This document shows positions 41,136 to 49,383 of a stretch of DNA of 64,000 nucleotides, piece by piece. Source of the DNA: Thermoanaerobaculia bacterium. Lineage in GTDB: Bacteria > Acidobacteriota > Thermoanaerobaculia > UBA5066. Numbering within the stretch: position 1 is the stretch's first letter; each line of letters starts with the position of its first letter. Made by a program: the position numbers and the translations under genes. The notes below the pieces were generated by a model that was not told the origin of the DNA, searched no databases, and saw only the letters and a program-made list of their open reading frames with translations. The stretch is taken from contig CAVRAY010000001.1 of assembly GCA_963719225.1 (NCBI GenBank), positions 704,001 through 768,000 of the forward strand, given 5' to 3'.

Positions 41136-42857
41136 GTGCGGCCGTCGACGGCGTCGTTCCTTTCTGCCTGCCTCATCGCGGCGCTCCTCGTTTCGGGCCA
41201 GGCTTTCGCTGCGACGAAGAGCGACGTGCTCGACGCGGCGGTCAAGGCCGCCGACCGCCTCCCGACGATCCGGGTGCCGAGGCGAACCTGGGAAGACGCG
41301 CCGTACCTGGTGGGAATCCTTCTCGTGGCGCGGCACCTCGATGAGCGGACGCCCGGCTCGGGGCAGCCCTGGATCGATCGCGCGAGCACCGTGATCGACG
41401 GTGGGGATTCGACCATCACGCACGGGGACTATGCCGGCTATTCACAGGCCGCCATGGACCTCTACCGGATCGCCTCTCCCATCGACGCTTCGAGAAGAGC
41501 GGCCCTCCTGGATGCCACGGAAGGGCCGATCGAGTTCGCAGCCCGGGCGCTCCGGGTCGGGCCTTCGAGCGGGCCCACGATTTCCTCCTGGTGGGTGGAG
41601 GGAGGTTTCGGCACGCGCTTCTGGGTCGACGATCTCTTCACCCTGCCGCCCTGGCTCGCGATGCGCGGATCGAGGCGCGAAGGACTTCCCGCCGATCCTT
41701 TCGCACGCGACCTCGCTTACGAGTGGATCGAGAGCTACCTCTACGACCACCGTCCACCGGCGGCCGACCCCGTTGCCGCCGCCGTGCCCTCACAACGCGA
41801 GCGCGCCGGGCCATTCCTCTGGAATCCCGGTCTCTCGCTCTTCCGACACGATCCCGGACTCGGCGCCGAACGCTACTGGGGGCGCGGCAACGGATGGGCG
41901 GCGTGGGGGCTCGCGCGCTCGGCCCGGTACCTCGACTCTTCCTACGGCGGCAGCCGGTACGCCGAGGTCGTCGACAGGACCGGAATCCGCGAAGTGCTCT
42001 CGCGTCTCGCGAGCGCGCTTGCCGCGCGCCGTTCGGACGACGGCGGCTGGCCGACGGATCTCGTCCACCCCGAGGCCTGTCCCGCGAGCGAGACGTCGGC
42101 GACGGGTCTCATCACGTACATGCTCGCGACCGGCGTCAACGAAGGGTGGCTGGATCGCACCGCCTTCACCCCGGTCGTCCTGAAGGCGTTTTCTCTTCTT
42201 CTCGGCCGGCTCGATGCGCGGGGCGATCTCGCGGGAATCCAGCCCCCCGGGACGGGTCCCGAGTGCCGAGTGACCGCATCGAACGACCCGTCGGTGGATG
42301 TCTCCTATGGAGTCGGCGCGTTCCTTCTCGCCGTCTCCGAGGTCCTGAAATTTCCGGATGCCGACCTCGAAGCCCTCGAAGACGCCGCGTTGTGTCCTGT
42401 CGATCGCGCGTTCGTCGCACCGACACGGCTCGTCGCGTCGGTCGACGCGTGTGACGGATCCGAGATCCTGCTGACTGACGACGGAGCGAGTTCCATCCGA
42501 AGACGTCCGGAGAAGGTTGGTCGGGGCGTCGTGGACGATGCGGCGTGCGTCCCGAGACGCGTCGCGGTCCCGCTCTGGACGGCGCTCGCCGGAGGGGAGA
42601 GTACGACTTTCATCCGGAGCTTCGACGGCTTCGTCGCGCTGGGAGGGAAGAACACGTCCCCGCGTTCGGCGTCGATGGTCGTCGAGGTCCGCCCCGCCGA
42701 CGGGACCTTCGGGGAGAGATTCACGCTCGCGCTGGACCCGGGCGGCGCGGCTTTCGAGACGCGGTTCGTTCCCGCCGGGTCGGAAGTGATCCTCTCGAAT
42801 GCTTCGGACGGCGGGGGGATCGTTCCGCTGAAATTGGACCTCGCGCGATCCCGCTAA
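41136..42857 (+). CDS. Secreted glycoside hydrolase GH105/GH88-like with C-terminal extension
   Basis: FWVDDLF, YWGRGNGWA, ETSATG, YGVGAFLLA. Confidence 0.75.
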   Translation: MRPSTASFLSACLIAALLVSGQAFAATKSDVLDAAVKAADRLPTIRVPRRTWEDAPYLVGILLVARHLDERTPGSGQPWIDRASTVIDGGDSTITHGDYAGYSQAAMDLYRIASPIDASRRAALLDATEGPIEFAARALRVGPSSGPTISSWWVEGGFGTRFWVDDLFTLPPWLAMRGSRREGLPADPFARDLAYEWIESYLYDHRPPAADPVAAAVPSQRERAGPFLWNPGLSLFRHDPGLGAERYWGRGNGWAAWGLARSARYLDSSYGGSRYAEVVDRTGIREVLSRLASALAARRSDDGGWPTDLVHPEACPASETSATGLITYMLATGVNEGWLDRTAFTPVVLKAFSLLLGRLDARGDLAGIQPPGTGPECRVTASNDPSVDVSYGVGAFLLAVSEVLKFPDADLEALEDAALCPVDRAFVAPTRLVASVDACDGSEILLTDDGASSIRRRPEKVGRGVVDDAACVPRRVAVPLWTALAGGESTTFIRSFDGFVALGGKNTSPRSASMVVEVRPADGTFGERFTLALDPGGAAFETRFVPAGSEVILSNASDGGGIVPLKLDLARSR

Positions 42858-42872
42858 CCCAGCGCCCCGGCC

Positions 42873-43196
42873 TCACTCGTTTTCGACGAAAAGCCTGAGC
42901 CTCTCGAGCGCTTCGTCCCACTTTTGGGAGACATGGTCGAGATAGCGGCGCGCTTCCGCGATGCGGCGGGGCTCCAGCTCCCAGCGGCGCTCGCGTCCGA
43001 CGCGCGTCGCGCGGGCGAGGCCGGATCCGGCGAGGACCTCAAGGTGCTTCGTCACGGCTTGCCGCGTGACGCCGGAGCCCTTCGCGAGGTGCGTGATGCA
43101 AAGGGGACGACCTTTCGCCAGGCGTGCGACGAGCGAGAGGCGCAAATCGTCCCCCAGCGCCGCGAAGACGGGCGTGACGCTACGCCGCGCCGACAT
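42873..43196 (-). CDS. ArsR/SmtB family transcriptional regulator
   Basis: VFAALGD, TRQAVTKHLEVL, RVGRERRW, WDEALERL. Confidence 0.9.
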   Translation of the reverse strand: MSARRSVTPVFAALGDDLRLSLVARLAKGRPLCITHLAKGSGVTRQAVTKHLEVLAGSGLARATRVGRERRWELEPRRIAEARRYLDHVSQKWDEALERLRLFVENE

Positions 43197-43299
43197 GCCG
43201 CTCGACGTTCTTCATCTGCGCCTCCCAGCCCTGCGCGTTCATGCGGAAGGCCTCCGCCCGCCGCGCCGCCGGGATCGCGTCGGTGCTCGAAGCCGACAT
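43180..43299 (-). pseudogene. 39-aa internally deleted SRPBCC/AHSA1 gene
   Basis: MSASSTD-AIPAARRAEAFRMNAQGWEAQMKNVERHVGAA*; GGAGG RBS; overlaps the ArsR start as in SRPBCC-ArsR pairs. Confidence 0.7.
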
Positions 43300-43321
43300 A
43301 TGCAACCTCCAGGTTGCATAT
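43298..43321. promoter_or_regulatory. ArsR operator palindrome ATATGCAACC-TCCA-GGTTGCATAT
   Basis: Perfect 10-bp arms overlapping the RBS and start codon of the mini-gene. Confidence 0.8.
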
Positions 43322-43357
43322 TGAGCGGCCGCGCATCCGATGTCAAGAACCCCGAAA

Positions 43358-43777
43358 TCAGCGGTCGCGCGAGCGGCCCAGGATCCGCATGAGGAGAGCG
43401 ACGCCCGCGCCCCAGGCGCCGTTCAGGAGGAGCGCGCCGACGAGAAGGTCCGGCTTCCAGCCGCCGCCGACGGGCTGTCCTTTGAGCGGCAAGACGATGA
43501 AGAGCGCGACGAGGGTGGGGAGGATCGCCCCGAGAACGACCGCGAGGAGCCAGTGACGCGGCCCCGAGACGCCGCGGATCATCAGCCAGAGAGCGATTCC
43601 CCAGAGCCCGCCCCAGAAGGCGAGCGAGATCACCGACGGGACTCCGAGCGGCGGGACTGGGGTCATGACCCACGGCTTGCGAGTCGTCGCTCCGCTCGCA
43701 TGAAGAACGGCGAGCACGCCCTGGTGAAAGACGAGCGTCGAGAGGAAACCGGCGAGGAAAGCCTTCACGTTCGTCAT
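43358..43777 (-). CDS. Hypothetical four-TM membrane protein
   Basis: Hydrophobic helices; [18 protein letters not shown]. Confidence 0.7.
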   Translation of the reverse strand: MTNVKAFLAGFLSTLVFHQGVLAVLHASGATTRKPWVMTPVPPLGVPSVISLAFWGGLWGIALWLMIRGVSGPRHWLLAVVLGAILPTLVALFIVLPLKGQPVGGGWKPDLLVGALLLNGAWGAGVALLMRILGRSRDR

Positions 43778-43794
43778 CCGTCGACTCTATCGCA

Positions 43795-43810
43795 CGGTCC
43801 GCGGATTGCA
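43795..43810 (+). promoter_or_regulatory. Putative sigma54 promoter (weaker match)
   Basis: CGGTCCGCGGATTGCA (GG-N10-GC, TTGCA) 40 nt before the prepilin ATG. Confidence 0.5.
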
Positions 43811-43849
43811 TCCAGATCGGCGCTCAAATTTCTTTGTAAGGAGTTCTTC

Positions 43850-44815
43850 ATGGCGAGCAAAAGGCGGACCTCGGCAGGTTTCACGCTCATCGAGCTCCTC
43901 GTCGTCATCGCGATCATCGCGATCCTGATCAGCCTGCTCCTCCCGGCGGTGCAGAAAGTCCGCGAGGCCGCCCGGAATGCGCAGATGAAGACCGAGCTGG
44001 CGACCGACATCTGCGCCGGCTTCAATTCCTTTTTCGAAAGGTATGGCGTCTATCCGCCCGACCTCGACGACCCGCGTCTGCCCGCTTTCATGCCGGGGGG
44101 CAAGTCCGTCCAGACACTGGCCAACGATCTGAATTTCACGCTCTCTTACGAGGTGACACAGGCGGCCGATCAATCCCCGGCGAACTTCCTGCTCTGCGCC
44201 ACGGAAATGAACGCCACCCTCGAGTTCTGCACCGACAAGACCTGCGTCGTCACGACCGTCGGGCAAGCGAGTCAGTCCGTCGATGCGGCCAGGCTGGAGT
44301 TTTCTCTTGCGCTCGCCGCGAAGACCGTGACCCCGATCCTGCTCGCGCATCCCGAGCTGATTCCGCAGGTCCGTCCTTTCCTAATGCAGGCCGACATCGT
44401 CGATCAGGTATTCAAGACGCTCGATCTCAACGGAGACGAGGTCCTGACCCTCGACGAGATGCTTCAGAACCCCTTCATCGCTCCCTTCGCCGACTTCCTG
44501 AGGACGCCCGGCTTCTTCGGTCCCCAGATCGACGCGCAGATCGAGGTCCGGAGCACCGATCTCGCAGGCGATCCGAAGTTCCTGTTCTCGTACGAGTCTC
44601 TGCGGATCCTTTCCGCCTTCTACGTCAAGAACCACGGTATCGCGCACGCGCTCATCGTCAAGCTGGACGCCGCCGAGGCGGCGGAAGCGCGCGGCGACCT
44701 CCACGCGAAGGCCGGGGAGCTCAGGGCGTTCGCGAACCTGGTGCGCGCGCAGTCGGGCAAGGCCCTCCCCGCGGTCCAGGCGCAGGCGCTCATGACGCTC
44801 GTTCAGACGCTCTGA
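43850..44815 (+). CDS. Prepilin-type N-terminal cleavage/methylation protein with EF-hand-like loop and helical C-terminal domain
   Basis: TAAGGAG RBS; AG|[32 protein letters not shown]; [12 protein letters not shown]. Confidence 0.85.
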   Translation: MASKRRTSAGFTLIELLVVIAIIAILISLLLPAVQKVREAARNAQMKTELATDICAGFNSFFERYGVYPPDLDDPRLPAFMPGGKSVQTLANDLNFTLSYEVTQAADQSPANFLLCATEMNATLEFCTDKTCVVTTVGQASQSVDAARLEFSLALAAKTVTPILLAHPELIPQVRPFLMQADIVDQVFKTLDLNGDEVLTLDEMLQNPFIAPFADFLRTPGFFGPQIDAQIEVRSTDLAGDPKFLFSYESLRILSAFYVKNHGIAHALIVKLDAAEAAEARGDLHAKAGELRAFANLVRAQSGKALPAVQAQALMTLVQTL

Positions 44816-44880
44816 GAGACTAGAATCCGCCCGAAACCTGCCTGACGCTTCGCGTGACGGTGCGTGGAGGGCCTCGCCTG

Positions 44881-47800
44881 ATGGGAAAGCTCGCGGCTCT
44901 TTGTGTGGCCCTCGGCCTGGCCACGCCTGCGTGGGTCCTCGAGGGTGCCGAAGCGGCCGCGTCGCCGGGAAACGTCGATCCCGCGCTTTTCTCGGCGCTT
45001 CGGTGGCGCTCGATCGGCCCTTTCCGGGGCGGGCGCGTCCTCGCCGTGGCCGGCGTGCCCGGCGAGCCGGCGCACTTCTACTTCGGCGGCGTCAACGGCG
45101 GCGTGTGGGAGACGAACGACGCCGGTTGGACATGGAAGCCGATCTTCGATGCCCAGCCGATCGGTTCCATCGGCGCGCTCGCCCTGGCGCCTTCGAATCC
45201 GAAGGTCCTCTACGTCGGGACGGGCGAAGCCGACATGCGCTCCGACATCGCCCAGGGCGACGGAATGTACAAATCCGTCGACGGCGGAAGGACGTTCGCG
45301 CACATCGGGCTCGGCGACTCACAGCAGATCGGGAGGATCCTGGTCGACCCGCGCGACGCGGACCGGGTTCTCGTCGCGGCTCTCGGCCATCCCTACGGTC
45401 CCAACACCGAACGCGGCGTCTTTCTCTCGCGCGACGGAGGCCGGGTGTGGCAGCGCGTGCTCTACCGGGACGAGAATACGGGCGCGATCGATCTCGCGTT
45501 CAAGCCCGGAGATCCCCGCATCGTCTACGCGGCCCTGTGGCAGACGCGCCGGCCGCCTTGGAACGTCTATCCACCTTCGAGCGGGCCGGGCAGCAGCCTG
45601 TACAAGTCCACGGACGGCGGCGGCACCTGGACCCAGATCCGCGGGGGCGGCTTCCCCGAAAGTCCCGGCCGCATCGGCCTCGCGGCGGCGCCGAGCCGGC
45701 CCGAGCGCATCTACGCCATGGTCGACGCAGAGAAGGGCGGGCTCTACCGCTCCGACGACGATGGCGCGACCTGGACGCACGCGAGCGGCGACGGACGGAT
45801 CTGGGGGCGCGGCTGGTATTTCGGCGGGATCACGGTCGAGCCGCAAAACGCGGACGTCGTCTACGCGGGCAACACGTCGCTCTACCGATCCGGGGACGCG
45901 GGCCGCACGTTCGCGCCGGTGAGGGGCGCTCCGGGCGGCGACGATTACCACGAGCTCTGGATCGACCCCGTGAACCCCGAGCGCCGCATCCTCGGGGTCG
46001 ACCAGGGCGCGCTCGTGTCGCTGAACGGCGGCGAGACCTGGAGCTCCTGGTACAACCAGCCGACCGGACAGTTCTACCGCATCGCGACGGACAAGCGCTT
46101 CCCCTATCGGGTGTACGGCTCGCAGCAGGACTCGGGTGCCGCCGCGGTCCCGAGCCGCACGAATCTGCACGACGGCATCAACCTGACACAGCTTCAGATG
46201 ATCACGGCCGGCGGAGAGAACGATTCGATCGCCCCCGATCCGGCCGATCCCGAGATCATCTTCGGGGGTCGCGTCGCGAAGCTCGACCTCCGAAGCTTCC
46301 AGACGCAGACGCTCGATCCCACCCTCGCGTTTCCAGGACGTCATCGTTCCGTCTGGACGCTGCCTCTCGTCTTCTCGCGGCGCGATCCCCACGTGCTCTA
46401 TTTCGCCCATCAAGAGCTCTTCCGCACCGCGGATGGCGGCAAGAGCTGGAAGAGGATCAGCCCGGACCTCACCCGGGAGGACGCCGGCGCGCCGCCGAAC
46501 CTCGATCCGGCGACGGCGGCGTGGGACGGGGGAACCGGCAGGCGAAGGGGCGTCATCTACACGATCGCGCCCTCGCGCGTGGCCGATCGGGACATCTGGG
46601 TCGGGACGGACGACGGCCTGATCTGGCGCACCCGCGACGAGGGCGTCAACTGGTCCGATGTGACGCCCGCGGCGCTCGGCGCCTGGTCGAAGGTCACGAT
46701 GCTCGAGGTGTCTCACACCGAAAGAGACACCGCCTGGGCCGCGGTCGACCGGCATCGGCTCGACGATTTCACGCCGTACATCCATCGAACGACGGACGGC
46801 GGAAAGAGCTGGACGCCCGCGGCGAATGGGATCCCCCGGGGCAGCTTCGTCAATGCCGTGCGCGAGGACCCGGTCCGCCCCGGCCTCCTCTACGCCGGCA
46901 CCGAGAAGGGCGTGGTCGTCTCGTTCGACGGCGGCAGCTCGTGGCAGTCCCTCCAGCTCAACCTGCCCGTGACGTCGGTGCGCGACATCGACGTGCACGG
47001 AGACGACGTCGTGATCGCGACTCACGGCCGCGCCCTCTGGATCCTGGACGACGTCACGCCGCTCCGGCAGGCCGACGCTGCCCTCGCGGGCGAGGACGCC
47101 TGGCTCTTCACACCCGCGACAGCCGTGCGCGTCCGGCCGGCGGGATTCACGGGCACGCCCATGCCGAAGGACGAGCCGATGTCTGAGAATCCGCCGCTCG
47201 GCGCGACGCTCGACTACGTGCTTCGCCGCGAGCCCTCGGGACCCGTGACGCTCGACATCCTCGACGACAAGGGCGAGCTCGTGCGCCGTTACAGCAGCAC
47301 CGACAAGCTCCCGGAGCCGAGCCGCGAAGAGCGCCGTCTGTCTCCCGAGTGGCTCGAGCCTCCCGCTGTGCTTCCCGCGACGCCTGGGATGCACCGCTTC
47401 GTGTGGCCTCTTCGCTACCCGGCTCCGCCGGCGCTCGGCGAGGGAAGCACGTTCGCCCACGGGGTCTGGGCGCCGCCCGGCCGTTACACCGTCGAGCTGA
47501 CCGCCGACGGACACCGCGTCAAGCGGCCGCTCGTCGTCGAGCCCGACCCGCGGGTCGTGCTGGAACCTGACGCGTACATCCGTCAGTTCGAGCTGGCGCG
47601 GCGCGTGGAGCGGGCGCGTGAGTCGGTCGCTCTCGCGATGAAGGAAGCCGTGGCGCTGCACAAGCAGCTCGTGACGCGGGTCGCCACCCTGCCCGCCCCC
47701 GCCCCGCCGGCTGCCGCGTCGCGAGCCGCCGCCGCGCGACCCGGCAGTCCCGCCGTTCCCCTGTCCCGCGCGATGACGGACCTCGATGCCGATGTGCAGG

Positions 47801-48411
47801 CGCTCTCCGAACACGAAGAGTCGAGCCCGCGAGCCGTCCCCCCGCCCCCGAAAAGCCTTTCCAGCCTGCGATTCCTCCAGAGCGCGCTCGCGAAGATGGC
47901 TTCGGCCGTGGACGGCGCGAACGCGGATCCGACTCCCGACGCACGGGCGGGATTCGCCGCGCTGGAAGACACGGTCACGAAAGCGCTCGCCTCCTGGAAC
48001 GCTCTGAAACAGGCGAAGCTCGCCGCCCTGAACGCGAAGCTGCGTCAGGCCGGCGAGCCCCCGATCGGTTTGTCGTCGAAAGGCGAGACCGACCCATGGG
48101 CGAGACCGGCCCCCTCGTTCGGAACGTCTCGGACACCGCCCTCTGGGTCGCCGTGTATCGCGCGCGCGAGACGGAACGCCCCGACGCGCTCTTCCGGGAT
48201 CCCTGGGCGCGGAAGCTTTCCGGCGCCCGCGGCGAAGAGATCGCGGCCGCGATGCCGTTCTCGGACAAGGCGACGTGGGCCTGGGTGGCACGCACGGTGC
48301 TCTTCGACGCGTTCATCGAGGAACAGATCCGCGCGGGAGCGGATCTCGTCGTCAACCTCGCGTCAGGTCTCGATGCGAGGCCGTACCGCATGGCGCTGCC
48401 GCCGTCCTTGA
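44881..48411 (+). CDS. Secreted BNR/Asp-box (VPS10-like) beta-propeller glycosyl hydrolase-like protein; 3' end runs into the next gene
   Basis: LRWRSIGPFRGGR; many S/T-x-D-G-G-x-T/S-W Asp boxes; homology appears to end near 48070. Confidence 0.85.
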   Translation: MGKLAALCVALGLATPAWVLEGAEAAASPGNVDPALFSALRWRSIGPFRGGRVLAVAGVPGEPAHFYFGGVNGGVWETNDAGWTWKPIFDAQPIGSIGALALAPSNPKVLYVGTGEADMRSDIAQGDGMYKSVDGGRTFAHIGLGDSQQIGRILVDPRDADRVLVAALGHPYGPNTERGVFLSRDGGRVWQRVLYRDENTGAIDLAFKPGDPRIVYAALWQTRRPPWNVYPPSSGPGSSLYKSTDGGGTWTQIRGGGFPESPGRIGLAAAPSRPERIYAMVDAEKGGLYRSDDDGATWTHASGDGRIWGRGWYFGGITVEPQNADVVYAGNTSLYRSGDAGRTFAPVRGAPGGDDYHELWIDPVNPERRILGVDQGALVSLNGGETWSSWYNQPTGQFYRIATDKRFPYRVYGSQQDSGAAAVPSRTNLHDGINLTQLQMITAGGENDSIAPDPADPEIIFGGRVAKLDLRSFQTQTLDPTLAFPGRHRSVWTLPLVFSRRDPHVLYFAHQELFRTADGGKSWKRISPDLTREDAGAPPNLDPATAAWDGGTGRRRGVIYTIAPSRVADRDIWVGTDDGLIWRTRDEGVNWSDVTPAALGAWSKVTMLEVSHTERDTAWAAVDRHRLDDFTPYIHRTTDGGKSWTPAANGIPRGSFVNAVREDPVRPGLLYAGTEKGVVVSFDGGSSWQSLQLNLPVTSVRDIDVHGDDVVIATHGRALWILDDVTPLRQADAALAGEDAWLFTPATAVRVRPAGFTGTPMPKDEPMSENPPLGATLDYVLRREPSGPVTLDILDDKGELVRRYSSTDKLPEPSREERRLSPEWLEPPAVLPATPGMHRFVWPLRYPAPPALGEGSTFAHGVWAPPGRYTVELTADGHRVKRPLVVEPDPRVVLEPDAYIRQFELARRVERARESVALAMKEAVALHKQLVTRVATLPAPAPPAAASRAAAARPGSPAVPLSRAMTDLDADVQALSEHEESSPRAVPPPPKSLSSLRFLQSALAKMASAVDGANADPTPDARAGFAALEDTVTKALASWNALKQAKLAALNAKLRQAGEPPIGLSSKGETDPWARPAPSFGTSRTPPSGSPCIARARRNAPTRSSGIPGRGSFPAPAAKRSRPRCRSRTRRRGPGWHARCSSTRSSRNRSARERISSSTSRQVSMRGRTAWRCRRP

Positions 48412-48615
48412 AGTGGGTCGAGGTCGATCTGCCCGGAATCCTCGCGTACAAGGAGGAGATCCTCGCCGGCGAGAAGCCCGTCTGCTCTCTCGAGCGCGTG
48501 CGCCTCGACCTGAATGACGCGGCCGCCCGCCGCGATCTCTTCGAACGGCTGGGAAAGACCGCGCTCCTGGGCTCGCGGCCCCTGGTCGGGCGTGTGCCTT
48601 CTCGAGAGGGCGTGA
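48096..48615 (+). pseudogene. SAM-dependent O-methyltransferase (LCM-like family), internally truncated and frameshifted
   Basis: SDTALWVAVYRARE, DPWARKL, VVNLASGLDARPYR, EVDLP; lacks the EGLLxYL half; a +1 shift at CCCC 48579-48582 gives WSGVCLLERA*. Confidence 0.65.
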
Positions 48616-48633
48616 GGAGGCGGACGGAGGGTA

Positions 48634-49029
48634 CTAGGCCCCTTCGTCGAGCGCGTGGCGTAGAAGGCCGGGCATTGGGAAGTCCTTCGCGTTGTCCGTC
48701 ACGAGCACGAGACCGTGTGTCAGGGCGGCGGCGGCGATCAGGCAGTCCGGCAGCGCCAGCGTCCTGCCGCGAGTCGCCCACTCGCGGCGCAGGGTACCCG
48801 CCTTTTCAGCCAGGTCGCGCGTGATGTCGTAGTGCTCGAGGCTGGCGAGGAGAGCCACGGTCGGGCCTCGCTCCTTCGGGCGCATGCCCGCGAACACTTC
48901 GGCGACATTGATCGCCGTGCACGCGAGGAGGTGCCCGTCCGCCAAGAAGCGCTCCACCATCTCGATCCGCCGCCGGACGCCACGGAGGACGTCGATGATG
49001 ACGGACGTATCGAGCAGATACGTGCTCAA
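48634..49029 (-). CDS. vapC: VapC PIN-domain toxin
   Basis: YLLDTSVIID, VAEVFAG, DCLIAAAA, LVTDNAKDF. Confidence 0.9.
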   Translation of the reverse strand: MSTYLLDTSVIIDVLRGVRRRIEMVERFLADGHLLACTAINVAEVFAGMRPKERGPTVALLASLEHYDITRDLAEKAGTLRREWATRGRTLALPDCLIAAAALTHGLVLVTDNAKDFPMPGLLRHALDEGA

Positions 49030-49307
49030 CTGGGCTTGCGGGATGCGCGCACGAAGCGCCGCTCCCCCTCGGCGCGCACCTTACGGATCCAGGCGGTCAC
49101 GCCTCTGCGGTATTCGGGGTGATCCTCGCTTCGCCACGAACCCGCCGCTGCCTTCACGGATTTCGCTTGCTCGAGGCGGCGCAGCTCGCGCTCGGCGGCC
49201 TGGACGATGAACCAACTCCGCCGCCGCTTTCCGACCTGGGCGTCGATCGCGGAAACCACCTTCGAAGGAATGACGACGTGCGTGCGTTTCGTAGAGCCGC
49301 TTGTCAT
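49026..49307 (-). CDS. Antitoxin (RHH-like, VapB-type)
   Basis: RTHVVIP...RSWFIVQA; 4-nt overlap with the toxin gene. Confidence 0.75.
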   Translation of the reverse strand: MTSGSTKRTHVVIPSKVVSAIDAQVGKRRRSWFIVQAAERELRRLEQAKSVKAAAGSWRSEDHPEYRRGVTAWIRKVRAEGERRFVRASRKPS

Positions 49308-49383
49308 GGCCTTCAATCCTCCGTCCCACTCGATGTTAACAGGTTGTGGGCCTCTCGCGCGTCTCTCCCCGACGGCCCGCGCG

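Noticed and set aside
48634-49307. vapBC as a marker of a defence island or prophage
   Set aside because: No integrase, att sites, phage genes or other defence genes nearby
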